The notes under the pieces were generated by a model that had not been told where the DNA came from, did not search any database, and saw only the letters and a program-made list of their open reading frames with translations. This document shows, piece by piece, positions 1-12,806 of a stretch of DNA of 64,000 nt; position 1 is the first letter of the stretch, and every line of letters starts with the position of its first letter. The position numbers were made by a program, and so were the translations under genes. Origin of the DNA: Gnetum montanum (Eukaryota; Plantae; Gnetophyta); contig MNCI01001967.1 in assembly GCA_015680685.1 (NCBI GenBank), forward strand, positions 147,354-211,353, read 5' to 3'.

Positions 1-3000
1 GTAGCTTTCATATGTTTCCAGATTGCACAAAGTAATGGTCTATTAGCTTAGTAGCATCCTGCCACAAAGGTAGTAGAGAAAAATTGGGAACTTGCCCACT
101 ACGAGTCTTGGGAACGGGCCCATTAAAGAAACCCTTGGAGTCTTGTAGGCCTATGCTAGTAGGGGGCAATTTCCACTAGCTAAGATAGAAGAATCACCTA
201 GCCATCCCTTGCAACCATGCCCCATAGCACCTGGTTACCATGATATGCCTCACACACTAGCTTGAAAGGAGGTGTTACACCCATTGCAATGGTCGCCTCT
301 TGCCACAACTAGAAACCAAGGGCAGCAACCTGGGTGGGAGGAGGGAGTAGCTTTGATTGAAAGATCAATGTGTTGCAAGCATGCAACAAACACCAAAGGA
401 TCGTGGTTGCAAGATTGTTCCTGTCCAGCTGTATTGGTGCTTAGCACTAGATGTCAGCTGAGAAGCGGTGCTGGTAAACAAAGTGACACAACATTTTAGC
501 TTCAGACCTGCAGAGGGGACATGTGTCATTGATATTAATACCTTGTATCTTTAGCAAAATGCGCATGAGCAATGCGGCATGGGACATGAGCCAAAGGAAA
601 GATTTTGTTGTTTTTTTTTGGCAATTGCCCCACCCAAATTGTCTTCCATCCTGTTATAGTTGGGTATTTAGTTTTAACAATGTCGCGCGATTGTGCACCT
701 TGCATTCCCCATTGGGACACCACATGCACATGCCTACAGATATTACGGCAAACATGCAAGTTCCAAGTTCCTGTTGTCCATGTTTGGTGTTTGTTTTGCA
801 AGATAAGAATTCATTGAACTGAATTATCAGTCTCTTGTATTAGCTGGTTAGTGAGGTTCTAGTATCCCATTGTAATGGCATCATCAAATATGAGAATGCC
901 TAGACCCCCCATCGGCTTTGGCCTAGCCATAGTCTCTTGGTAGACAAGATGCATGCGCTCACCCCCTTATCCCCTGACCATATAAGATTTCATACTAGTT
1001 GGTCCACTTTGTGGATGATTTCTTTTAGGGATGAAGCAACAAAGTAGCAAATCTTGTGATGGCAGGTAACATAGAAGCCACAATGATAATTTTTTCTTTC
1101 CTAGTTAAGAAGCATGTGGTCCAGTGCCCAATCCTCTGTTGCAGTTTTTGGATTAATTTGAGCCATGACATCTTCCTGTTCGAAGCATACATTGGCATCC
1201 CTAAATAGGAGTCCTACACCATTCCCTAAAGAATACCAAGCTCTTGGTAGACCTGGCCCTTGATTCTACTATTTGCTTTAAAGAAGTGTATCATAGACAT
1301 CCCTTTGTTGAGTTCTAGCCCCACCTCTTTAACCATCCTGCACAATGTCCTATTCACGGCCCGAGCCTTGGGCACTGTAGCGTGAGTAACCATGATAGTA
1401 TCATCAACATAATGTTCTGTCAAATAGTTCACCCCAACAATTTCCAGCAGCCTCATCCTTTCCTTTTTACAATTTAGATTCATTGTGTCCATTGCTATAA
1501 GGAATAAGTATGGAGAGAAGGGGTTCCCTTGCCACAACCCTTTGGTAGGGAAGGAGAACCCGCAAAGTTTCCCATTAATATCAAAGGAGCATGCACCCGA
1601 AGCTTGTAAGTTAATGCATAAGTTTGCAAACTTCGAGTGAAGTCCCTTTTTTAGCATTATTTCCCCGAGGGCATTCTGGTGGACGGTATCATATACTTTC
1701 GTGCTATCACGTTTGATACACATACTTGGAAACTTAGCTTCCTGGATGGAGTGCATAATCTCCTGCAATGGGATGATCTGGACTTGAATAAATCTTTCTT
1801 TGATGAATCTAGCCTGCTAGGCATTCACCAGAGTTGGCATCAGTGGCTGCATTCATCAGACCAAAATTTTTCTCAAGATTCATAGAAGGCTATTGTAAAT
1901 CCCAATGGGCCTAAAATTGGATAGCTCAATATGGTTCGTGGTCTTTGGAATGAGCACGATTTTGGAACAATTGATCTTGCGTTGAACTTGCTGCCATTTA
2001 AGCATAAGGTTGAAGGCATCTAAAATATTCTTCCTGATTATGTCATCATATTCCTTGAAAAATTCGATGGGCCATCCATCAGGCCCTAGAGCCTTTCCAG
2101 CTTCCAGTGAGGCTATGGCCCACTCGAATTCCCGTTGGGTAATAGCCTCAAGAAGCTTTTGGTTCTCCTCCATCCCAACCACCAGTTGGATCTAAGTTGA
2201 CATCCGGGGGCTTTCTCTCCTGCTCTAGATGCCCACACAATACTTGTGCATTGCTTGGGCAATGTCATTGGTCTCATGGATGATGTTACCCTTGTGAATT
2301 AGGTGATGCTTTTGTTGCAACAAAGAAAAACCGGGTGTTTCTGTCACCATCCTTCAGCCAATGAACTCTTGAACATTGCTTACAATACTACTTCTCTTTA
2401 GTTGACAACTCCTAGAGTTCATCTAACAACTCTTGTTCTACTTCTTCCAAGGACTCATCCAACTTTTGTCCAGCCTGGATTTCAATCAACTTTTTCTTTA
2501 GCTTTGTTTTGATCACCTAGAAGAAATATTTCTTGGCCATCTTCCTAGTGTGAGTTTCTATCTTAAGCTTGGTGAGGCCATGCTTCAGAAAGTCTTGGGG
2601 ATCCATCGAAGAAGGGTAGTTAGCCTAGATGCCAACAACTAGAGGCTACATCCAGGGTTTAGACAATAAAGTCCTCTCAAAATGAAAAGGTGATCAAAGG
2701 CCTATCGCTCCTAGTAGTGAACTTGGACCTTGTAGCTCACTAGGATGTCAATGCTAACCCAGACTTGGTCAATCTTGGACATGATCCTATCCTACCCCTG
2801 CTTCCTGTTACTCCTCGTGAAAAGGCATCCCTTCATATCCATGTCCAATAGGTCATGAGAGTAGAGGAAATGTAGGAAGTGTTGACTTCCTGGTAGGACC
2901 TTAGTACCTCCTTCAATATTCTCCCAATAATGGAGCCTTTGATTGAAATCTCCAATCAGAATCCACTATCACCAATCAAGAATCAATTGCGTGATCCTCA

Positions 3001-3335
3001 TTAGCTCATGTAGTTGTTCCCCCCCAGTCCTACGGTCTGTAGACATTGGTAAGTGACAACCCAATTGATGGCAGAAATATGATCATGCTCCAGGTTGAGG
3101 ACTCAACTAGATCAAAAGGCAAATGTGATAGAGTTGCAAGTCTACCTGCCCATCCCTGATAGGCAACAAAGTGGGCATGCCAACCAGCCCAACACAACAT
3201 GTGACATTCTCTGTGCTGTAGTTTGGTTTCTTGCAAACACACCACATTGCAATCTTCCCCATGCACAATTTTTTTCATAGGACTTTTTTTATAAGGTGTA
3301 CTCTAATCCCTACAATTCCAAAAAAGAATTTTCAT
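1..3335 (-). pseudogene. L1 ORF2 (endonuclease, RT, zf-RVT, extended C-terminus), disrupted
   Basis: ATG at 3335 (MKIL.WN-type start); track ORFs 3030-3278, 1880-2182, 1226-1768; zf-RVT about 480-680; coding-like sequence continues to base 1 (PLWQDATKLIDHYFVQSGNI*KL). Confidence 0.9.
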
Positions 3336-3339
3336 GGTC

Positions 3340-5231
3340 TACTCGTAGACCGTTTTTTGTAAATCCCTTTTAGGGTTGTCTGTGAGCCTAAATCAATCTT
3401 CAACTATCTTCTTGCTTTAGGACATTGGCTTGAGCGGTCGACTAGCCTTTCTTGGCTTGGTTACCACAAGGAAACCCTAGTTATCTGCCACTACGGCTGC
3501 TCCTAAAGCCTCCTTCATTCTGGGCATCCCTGAACCTCTTACCACTAATACCCAGAGCTCCACCCTTTTTTCATATGGAATTCGAGCTTCAAGGTTTGGA
3601 GTATGACCCTCCCGATTTGGAGGCAAACATAGGCCCTTATGACCCACTAGAGTTGAAGCGGGGGAAGATAGCCCCATTGACTGGACCACAATAGCAGGTA
3701 GGACTTGCCCCTACTGGCCCACAATCATCCAACCATCCAGTCTTTTGCTTTGGCTTAGGTTTATTAGGGCAAATCCTACATTCCTTAGTTCTATGATTGT
3801 TTTTTCCGCAAATGGAGCAAGAAGCCACAATTGTAGTTTGTCCAATTATGGGCTTACCCACAGGCACCTTCTTGTACTCAACTTGAACATTTCCTCCCCT
3901 ATTGGCAGATTGAGGATAATCTCCCAAGCTAGGTCTTCGGTGGATAGTGACCTCCAAACACAAAACTTGGCATATTCCACTTTTTCCTTCGACTTGATGA
4001 ATTTATTGAAGCTAATAAACTCTTCAAAGAAGCCTACGAGGGTTTTAAAAAACTCTGTGATACACAGCTCCCATTGTATGCCCGAGAGAGAAGATCTGGA
4101 TCTTTTTGCGCCTTCAAATGCCAATGCGTGAAAGCTAAGCCCTTGGCTCTGAAGAAACTGGGCTGCCTAGCAGCACCTTGTCCTGATCTTTTGATGACTA
4201 GAACACAAACAACAACCATTCGCCCACTAGGGTACAAATCTGCACATTACTAATCCCCCTAGATGCCACCACCCACTTCTTAATCAACTCCATCATAGGT
4301 CATGCCCCTTATGAAACGAACTTCCCCACTAAGCTCAACTCTAGAGTTCATAGTCCCTTAGTTAGTGGTCGTCGATCTTGCAACCTCATGGTTCCTTCAC
4401 TATGGGAACAAGCGTCTATGCCCCCATCACTAGAGTCCCAACCTGACATTTCCTCCTTGTGACCACTAGATCCCACGATTGCCCTTGCCTTTTCCAGCCT
4501 CCCATCATCCTTTGGAGGCCACGTAGCTTGTCCTTGCAAGTGTAAGAGCAAACAACGCGGAGGCAAGTGGGAGTGCAAAGCAACATGGAGGTGAGGGGGG
4601 AAACTTGATGAAATGAACTTCCCCACTAGGCTCAACTCTAGAGTTTATAGTCCCTTAGTGGTCGCTGATCTTGCAACCTCATGGTTCCTTCAATACAGGA
4701 ACAAGCATCTATGCCCCCATCACTAGAGTCCCAACTTGACATTTCCTCCTTGTGACCACCAGATCCCACGGCTGGCCCCGCCTTTTCCAGCCTCCCATCA
4801 TCCTTTGGAGGCCATGTAGCTTGTCCTTGCGAGTGCAAGAGCAAACAATGCGGAGGCAAGCAGGAGTGCAGAGCAACATGGAGGCGAGGGGGGAAACTTG
4901 ATGAAACGAACTTCTCCACTAGGCTCAACTCTAGAGTTCATAGTCCCTTAGTTAGTGGTCGCCGATCTTGCAACCTCATGGTTCCTTCACTATGGGAACA
5001 AGCGTCTATGCCCTGATCACTAGAGTCCCAGCTTGACATTTCCTCCTTGTGACCACCAGATCCCACGGCTGGCCCTGCCTTTTCTAGCCTCCCATCATCC
5101 TTTGGAGGCCACGTAGCTTGTCCTTGCGAGTCTCTGTTTCCCCCCTTGCCTCCATGTTGCTCTGCACTCCTGCTTGCCTCCACGTTGTTTGTTCTTGCAC
5201 TCGGGTTTGTAGCTCTTGAGTTCCCACCCAT
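3340..5231 (-). pseudogene. L1 ORF1 with internally triplicated N-terminal segment
   Basis: ATG at 5231, DUF4283-like segment about 4130-4345, CCHC knuckle in ORF 3637-3963. Confidence 0.8.
4311..5202. repeat. Three ~295-bp direct repeats plus a ~67-bp inverted segment
   Basis: Units start at 4311, 4608 and 4901 (ATGAAAYGAACTTCYCCACT); 5136-5202 is the reverse complement of about 4830-4897. Confidence 0.95.
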
Positions 5232-5239
5232 CGCAACTC

Positions 5240-7860
5240 CAATTGCCTTTAATATTTACTTCGCTGTTTAGTTCTTAATCATTGTTATCTTTTACGTAGC
5301 ATTGTTCCATCAGTATCATGATCTTCAATTATTATAGTTGTATGTCAGTTTATTCCCCTTGAAAATCTATGTTGCATTATACTTTTAATCATTGTTACTA
5401 TAGTGTCTCTGATTGGCTACCAACTTAAATGTTCTCATGCTTCTCAAATTGTTTATCTCATTCTTCTCAATGGTTGATTTGTCAAATCTTAAAGGTGCAT
5501 CACCAAAGTTATATTTTTTACAAAAATTTTTGAATGTCATATTGAACTAGTTTCGCACATTGTTTATTGTATAAAAAAAGCTATACCATGATGGCAATTT
5601 GAATAACAAAATAAAAATCTTCCTTAACACCAACATTACTCTTTAATTGTTGATCACTCTTATTCATTAGGTAGTGTCGCTATGCCACCATCTTCATCTT
5701 CATAATTATACTTGCATGTCAATTTGTTCTTCTTGAAAATGTATGTTGCATTGCACTTTTAATCATTGCTCCTACAATGTTGAGCATTTTCTCCACACTT
5801 TAATGTTAAATCCTATTAAATTGATCATCACATTCTTTTCAATGATTGCTTCATCAATTCTTAAAGGTGCATCATCAATGTTACATTTTTAACAATTCTT
5901 TCATCTTCGATTTTCAAATATCATATTAAACTAACTTTACACTTATTTTCATTGAATCCAACAACCACGCAAAAGTAGTACTTCAAATAACAATTTCACA
6001 ATGCCCCTTAACACCTACTTTACTTTTTAGATGGTGATCACAATTGTCTATTACATAGCATCGTTGCACCATAAACTTGATTTCATTGATTATAGTTGAA
6101 CATCGCTTTGTTTCTCTGAAAAATTAATGTTAAACTGTATTTCTAATTGTTTCTCCTACCATCTTACTATGCCTTGCATTTGCTTAACACTTCAAACTTC
6201 AATGTTCTCACTCTAGAAATGTTCATCTTGTTACTCTCAATGGTTGATTTTCCCATTCTTAAAGTTGCATCACCAATGTTACATTTTTTAAAGTTGATTT
6301 GAATGCTCTTACTCTACAATTGCTCATCACATTCTTCTCAATGGTTGATTTGCCAATTCTTAAAGTTGCATCAACAATGTTTAATTTTTTATGCTTGACT
6401 TCAATATTCTCACTCCTCTAAATTGCTCATCACATTCTTCTCAATGGTCAATTCACCAAAACTTAAAGTTCCATCACAAATGTGATATTTCTTATGGTTG
6501 TCTTTTATCTTCACTCAAGTTTTCAAATATCATAAAGGAAATGTTGCAGTCTCCGTTAACACCTCATTTTTTACTTGTTGATTTTTCTTATCTTTTAGAT
6601 ACCATCATTGCACAAACATCTTTATCTTAAAGTATCTCCTATTTGCTATAGACATCAATGTTCTCACACTCCTCAATATTGTTCATCACTTTTTTGTTCA
6701 CAGTTGATTTGCCAATTCTTAAATTGCATCACCAATTCAACATTTTTTGCAATTGTCTATTGTGTTAAATTTTCCAATGTCATCATATTGAACTAGTTTG
6801 ACACCTAATTTTTTGGATGTAAAAACCTATACCATCATTGCACAAACTTCTTGATTTTCAATTGTGATAATTACATGTTAATTTGTTTCTCCTATAATAT
6901 CTTCCATTTACAGTATCTCCCATTTGCTACAGACATTAATGTTCTTACACTTCTCAAATTGTTTATCATTTTTTGTCAATAGTTGATTTGCCAATTCTTA
7001 AAGTTGCATCACCAATGCTACATTTTTTGCAATTGCCCCTTGTGTTAAATTTTCAAAAGTCGTATTGAACAAGTTTCACACCTAATTTATTGGATCCAAA
7101 AACTTAGGCCATGATGGTAATTCGGATAACAAAGTAACAATCTCCCTTAACACCAACATAGCTTTTTTGTTATTGATCACTTTTATCTATTAGGTAGCAT
7201 TGCTACACTGCCAACTCAATCTCAATGCTTATAGTTGCATGCCAAGTTGTTTAGTTTGCATTGTACTTTTAATCATTGCTCTTACAGTGCCTTGCATTTC
7301 CTTCAAACCTCAATGTTCCCTCCTATAGAATTCATCCTCACATTCTTCTCAATAGTTAATTCATTAATTCTTAAAGTTGCATCAACAATGTTGCATTGTA
7401 GAAATTGTCACTTGTTCTACATTTTCAAATGTCACGCTTGATTAGTTGATCAAAAAAGTTAGACTATGATGGTGATTTGGATAACAAAGTAACAATCTCC
7501 TTTAACACCAAAATTACTTTTTGGTTGTTGTTCACTCATGTCCATTAGGTAATGCTGCCACACTACCATATTCATCTTAATAATTATAGTTGTGTGTCAA
7601 TTTGTTCTTCACGAAAATTTATGTTGCATTCTACTTTTAATAATTACTCCTGCAATGTCTTACATTTCCTCCAAACCTCAATGTTCACTCCTATTAAGTT
7701 GTTCATCATGTTTTTCTTAATGGTTGATTCATCAATTCTTAGAGTTGCATCATCAATGTTCTAATTTTTATGGTCTTTTCTTCTCTTAACCAAACTTTTA
7801 AAATGCCATGTTAAATTGGTTTCATACTTAATTTCGTTAAATCTCCCTTAACTCCTACTT
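5240..7860. repeat. Degenerate AT-rich tandem repeat, ~370-bp basic unit
   Basis: Motif TTCTTAAAGTTGCATCACCAATG recurs near 5487, 5858, 6257, 6357, 6462, 6717, 6995, 7368 and 7737. Confidence 0.85.
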
Positions 7861-7869
7861 AATTCTGGT

Positions 7870-9138
7870 CCAATTATAGAGAACCTCAAAAGGAGCCATG
7901 CCTATGGACTTTTAATAGCTATTATTATAGGAAAACTCAACCAGGGGTAAGTAGTCCTCCCAACCTTTTGGATTATCAAGAACACAAGCTCTCAAGAGAT
8001 CTTCTAGCATTTGATTTACTTTGTCTACTTGACCATCTGTTTGGGGTGATCAACACTACCTGGATTTAATTCAGTTCCAAAAGCCCTTTGAATTTCTTTC
8101 CCAGATTTAGACATGGACCTTATATCCTTATCAGAAATGGAATTCAATGTAGTTTAATGATGTTTTCAATATAGATTTTTGTTATCCTTTCTGCACCATA
8201 TGTTGTCTTAACTGGGATAAAGTGTGCTGACTTGGAAAATCTGTCTACAGTCACAAGAATAGAATCATTTCCTCTTTGTGACCTTGGCAATCCGACAATT
8301 AAGTCCATGCTGATTACATTCCATTTGTTCTCTGGCACATCATGAGGACATAATAAACCTGCTAGATGCCTATGTTCACCTTTGACTTGTTGGCATGTGA
8401 GGCACTTGGCAACAAAGGATGCTACATCTGCCTTCATTCTTGGCCACCAAATTCTGATTTCATATTTTGATACATTTTGTTCCCATTAGGTTGCCCTGCT
8501 GTAGGAGGATTATGAAATTTATACATGCGCTTTTCTCTAAGGTTATTACCTTGAGGGACATATGCATATGCTATGTTCTTAAACCTTAAAACTTCATGAT
8601 TTCCCATGGTGAAAGATTCTGCCCCCTGGTTTTCTAACATTTTAGACTTGACCTTTTGGCAAAAGGAATTGTCAATTTGTGCTATAGCTATGATGGATGG
8701 AATTTGACCCCTAAATTCTATTCTGGCCTTCAAATATCCTCTTTTACTTAAAGCATTAGCTACTTTATTACCTTTGCCTTCATGATACATAATCTCAAAA
8801 TTCTAGTCACTAAGGAATCCAATCCATCTTCTTTGCCCTATATTCAGATTTGGTTGTGTAAAAATGTACTTTAGGCTTTGGTGATCTATCCACACTTAAA
8901 AACATGCTACATACAAATAGTGATGCCAAATTTTAAGTGCATGGACAACAACTGCTAATTCTAAGTCATGAGTAGGGTAATTCTTCTCATGAGTTTTGAG
9001 CCGGTGGGACCCATAAGCAATTACCCAATAATCTTGCATTAAAACATAACCCAACCGTTCCCTTGATGCATTAGTGTAGATCACATAATGTTTGCTAATA
9101 TTAGGCATGGTTAATATTGGTGCACTTGTAAGCAATTG
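7870..9138 (-). pseudogene. Ty3/gypsy (Tekay-like) pol: RNase H and integrase
   Basis: [41 protein letters not shown]; CLTCQQVKGEH; ISMDLIVGLPRSQRGNDSILVTVDRFSKSAHFIPV. Confidence 0.93.
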
Positions 9139-10336
9139 TGTAGCACCCCTAGGAGCCACCGTCTACTAAAGAGCATCGATTTGTTTTTTTTTTTTGTACA
9201 AGAATCTACAGTTACACTAGTAACTTGTGAGGATGTGACACGTAATGAGGGGTTGACTATAGAGCCCACATACCTCGTTTCTTTCTTAACTCAGGTTGTT
9301 GATGAGGGACTTTGCCACTTTTGTAATCCTAAGTATTGAAGCATCGTTTGCTTATTCATACTATGATATTTGACAATGAATACAACCTATGATTTTTGGA
9401 TGATAACTCTTTGTTATTCTTAAACACTTAGCTCATCATTCAAAGGAAAGAGTATGCAGTTGTATATCATTTAAATCCATAAAAGGGTAGCTTTTTCTAA
9501 TACCATGTCAACATCATGGTTAGCACGATTGTGTGACTCACTTGTTTCAAATTTCGATTTACAAATAGCACCAACAGATTTGGTTGGATGTTTTCCTAGT
9601 CCTCCACTTCATTTTTCACTATACAGAATTATTTAATCTACAATAGGACTCAAGCAATGGTTGGGAGTAAAAAATGTATAGGTTCCAACAACTTTGCCCA
9701 TGCAATGTGGTGTTGCATCCTCACATTGAAAGTTGTCCAACTTGAAGTATCCGGTCACCATCTGGCTATGAGTTGGGTTATCTTTAGGTACTAAATACAC
9801 ATACAAGGCTTGACTCAACCATCATTGTTGGATTACACCTTGATACACCCCCAAGATAAGTGGTCGAGGACAGTACGTGAGGTTGACACATACTTACGAA
9901 TGACACCTGCATCATTGAAAACCTTTGGGTATTGTCCAACGCAACCCCTTGGATTCAATGGCTTAGTTTATTAAGTTGAAGTAAGTGTATGTATGGGTAG
10001 GTTTCGATGATGGGGCTTATCTCCACATCTAGAGCAAGGTGTATGCAAAATAAATAAATAATGCAACTCATCCATTCAAGGTATGAGGACGAATATATTA
10101 TTATTAAAATGATTAGTTAATGGTCCCTAAAAATACTACATGTTTCACACACTGCACACCAATCAAATGCATCATCCACCTAAGCACTAACCATGACTTT
10201 AGGTTGATTGCTTATCCTTGGGCCTAAAGGACTTCTAATCATAATTCATGTGGTTTAATTTTATGGAAAGAAAAAACATATATTTTCTTTGTTTTCTTTG
10301 CACAAATAAAGGAATATAATTGTTGATAAGTAAATG

Positions 10337-12262
10337 CACCTTGTTTGTTGGGAAAAGGTGGCATGACCTAAGTGCTCTGGGGGCTTGGGGTGATGGGGTT
10401 TTAGGACATTGTTCTCATGGGATACTAATCCCTCATCAACCACTTCCTGAGTCGGGAGACACCAAGTAATGATTCTTAGAAGAAAATATGCTCAAGTAAT
10501 GATTCTTAGAAGAAAATATGCTCAATGTGAGGCCAATATTCAAGACTCCCACTTGTGGTGAAATATTTGCAAGTTTGCCCAACAGCTATCTTAGATGGGA
10601 CTTTTGGGAGCCTGACTATGGGAAACCATGAAGCATAAATACCCTGCAGCTTGGGGTGGAATAATGTTTGGAAAGGCCCCCTACTCAAGAAACTTAAATG
10701 CTTCTTATGGCTCATCAACTTGGGGGTGCTGCTAGTACGAGCACTAATCCAGGAGCGTGGCCTCCATATAAACAACATGTGCCCCCTCTACTACAGCGAC
10801 ATTGAAATTATGCATCATTTTGTGTTTTTGTGCCCATTCTCCAAAGTGGTTTGGGCCACCTCGGGGATCACACAATAGCTGTGTGAGGACTCTCCTACTG
10901 GAGTAGTGGTATGGATGCTCTAGCGGGCAAGGAACGAACACATCTTTCAAGCTGCTCCGCTACCATTGCCTATACATATTGTTGTTTGTGCCTCTAGGCT
11001 TTGGAACAAGGCCACGACTACAATGGGGGTTACCACCAACCTTTGAGCTTGACTGTCAAATCTTCAGGGCCAACTAGTTGTTGCGGGATCAGTGGTGTGA
11101 ATCACCAACCTTTGAGCTCGACTGTCAAATCTTCAGGGCCAACTAGTTGTTGCAGGATCAGTGGTGTGAATGGGATGGGAAGACCTTCCTTTCCTTCTCA
11201 CCAATGACCTAGATCTCACAGGTGCATCCTTCTTCTCATGTTGGAGGGGGGATGCCACTACCTTCTAGAGTGTTTGCATTTGGCTTATCGAAACAACCAT
11301 TGCAGATTATCTTGGTCTTCCGGTTGCAGGGGAGATAGTGTTGCCCTCGGGGCAAGGGCTCCAAGATGCTGAAAGCTTCTTCCTTGGACTACTCCGAAAG
11401 ACTAGGAGTGCCTAGGTCCCCAATTCAGGCTTGGCCCCACTTTGGTAGGATGTTGTAGAGCTTGTGGAACATTTCTTCGTCTCGTCGGGGAACATTTGGA
11501 AGCTCTAGGGGATCCATTTTTCCTTTCATTTGCTGCATGTAGCTAGGCTGACCACCTAATCTTCCGAAGTTTTTTTGGGCCTCCCTACACTGGGGAAGAA
11601 GGGGATGCCACTTTGGCTTGATCTTGGCCTTAATGGAAAGTGGTGCGACTTGTGGAACTGTTGTTGGTAAAGCCCATTTCTGTCACCATGACATATACTA
11701 GACATAGGCCATCACAGGAGGGAGAGAGTCCTCCTTTGCATGGGCCATTCTAGAGGAAAGAGAGGTGTTGGCAGGGGTGGGGGAAGATTCGGATTGGCAG
11801 GGCTCTGCCACGAGTTAGCACCCATCATTGCAGGAGCAAATCCAAGCTACCGAAGACCATATTCGTAGGGAGTTGCATTGTAAGATTGAAGTTGACCTCC
11901 ATAGGGCCATTGCTAAGGTCAGGGTAGAGGAACAAGTGTGATGGGAAGCTGAGTTCTAGTGAAGTGAAGAAGAGGCCAAGGTCAAGTGATAGGAGGAAGA
12001 ACAATAGCTCAAAGAGTTGGTGGTGGAAGAGCAGTGCCAATGGGAGCTACAAGATGCTACGTTTAGAAGTGTCATGGAGGATTAGCTCCGAGAGCAAATT
12101 AGGGAGAAGTTGTGCTGGAAGGAGTAGGAGCAACTCGAAAGAGAAGAAGAGTAGCATGTTAGGGCCTTTTTGAAGGAGCGACAAATTAAAAGAAACCAAG
12201 AGGCTATGCATGAGCCCAGTGATGGTTTTGCATGGGAAGATGCCCATCTGTGGTTATGGGAG
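10337..12262 (+). mobile_element. L1 fragment, copy B: late ORF2, zf-RVT, extension, coiled coil, start of J-domain
   Basis: HLVCWEKVA*PKCSGGLG at the start; zf-RVT ORF 10651-10878; WML*RARNEHIF; HFFVSSGNIWKL; E/Q/R-rich run; WFCMGRCPSVVMG at about 12223-12261. Interrupts sequence that is contiguous at about 19165. Confidence 0.88.
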
Positions 12263-12685
12263 GGGGTTAGGATATTGAAGTAAAAATAAATAAACAATAT
12301 TCACTTGCATAAAAGGAAAATCTAACTATGAAAAAATGTACAAAACATTCATGTAATGAAAGACTTACTCCAAGGAGACCTCCAGCCTTCCAAGATGCAA
12401 TATTCCCATTGTATAAATGAAAGAAGTAACTAGGCATTTCAAGTGTATTTTACATGTCATATAACAACCAACTCACATCATAAAATGGAGAGAGTTACAA
12501 TAGTTAGGTTTACTTCTTATGGAAAATTCAACTAAAGTTTTTGTCTCATTTTAGGCATCTTAAGTTTGAGCAAACAAATCTTGAAAATAGGGTCTGAATT
12601 TTTGGTAAGTTTGGGACTGAAATGAATCTAAAATTATAATCATCAACACAGTTCGTGGGAGTTGGGATTTAACAATTTGTTTTTT

Positions 12686-12806
12686 TTCTTCTTCTTCTTC
12701 TTCTTCTCAGCTTAGAGTATTTTTCAGCTTTTGCAATATCTGTAGTTGGGAGATGGATCTTGGAAAGTAAATTACTAGCCATTTAATAATAATAATAATA
12801 ATAATA
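12686..12806. repeat. (TTC)n and (AAT)n microsatellites
   Basis: Directly visible at about 12686-12706 and 12785-12807. Confidence 0.9.

Larger units (their letters stand above)
1..5231 (-). mobile_element. Degenerate L1-type LINE, copy A (ORF1+ORF2); 3' end runs off the window
   Basis: Minus-strand order: ORF1 (DUF4283-like SLVGKFVS..MELIKKWV..WLLFVF*SSKDQDKVL; zinc knuckle CSICGKNNHRTKEC), APE endonuclease (VVCLQETK), RT (KALGPDG, NFRPIG, GLWQGNPFSPYLF, YVDD), zf-RVT (KSFLWL..CPLC..H). Many stops and frameshifts. Confidence 0.95.

Noticed and set aside
4311-5130. Repeats as mouse-L1-like 5' UTR promoter monomers or a CRISPR-like array
   Set aside because: The units contain ORF1 coding sequence (SLVGKFVS) downstream of the ATG and have no unique spacers.
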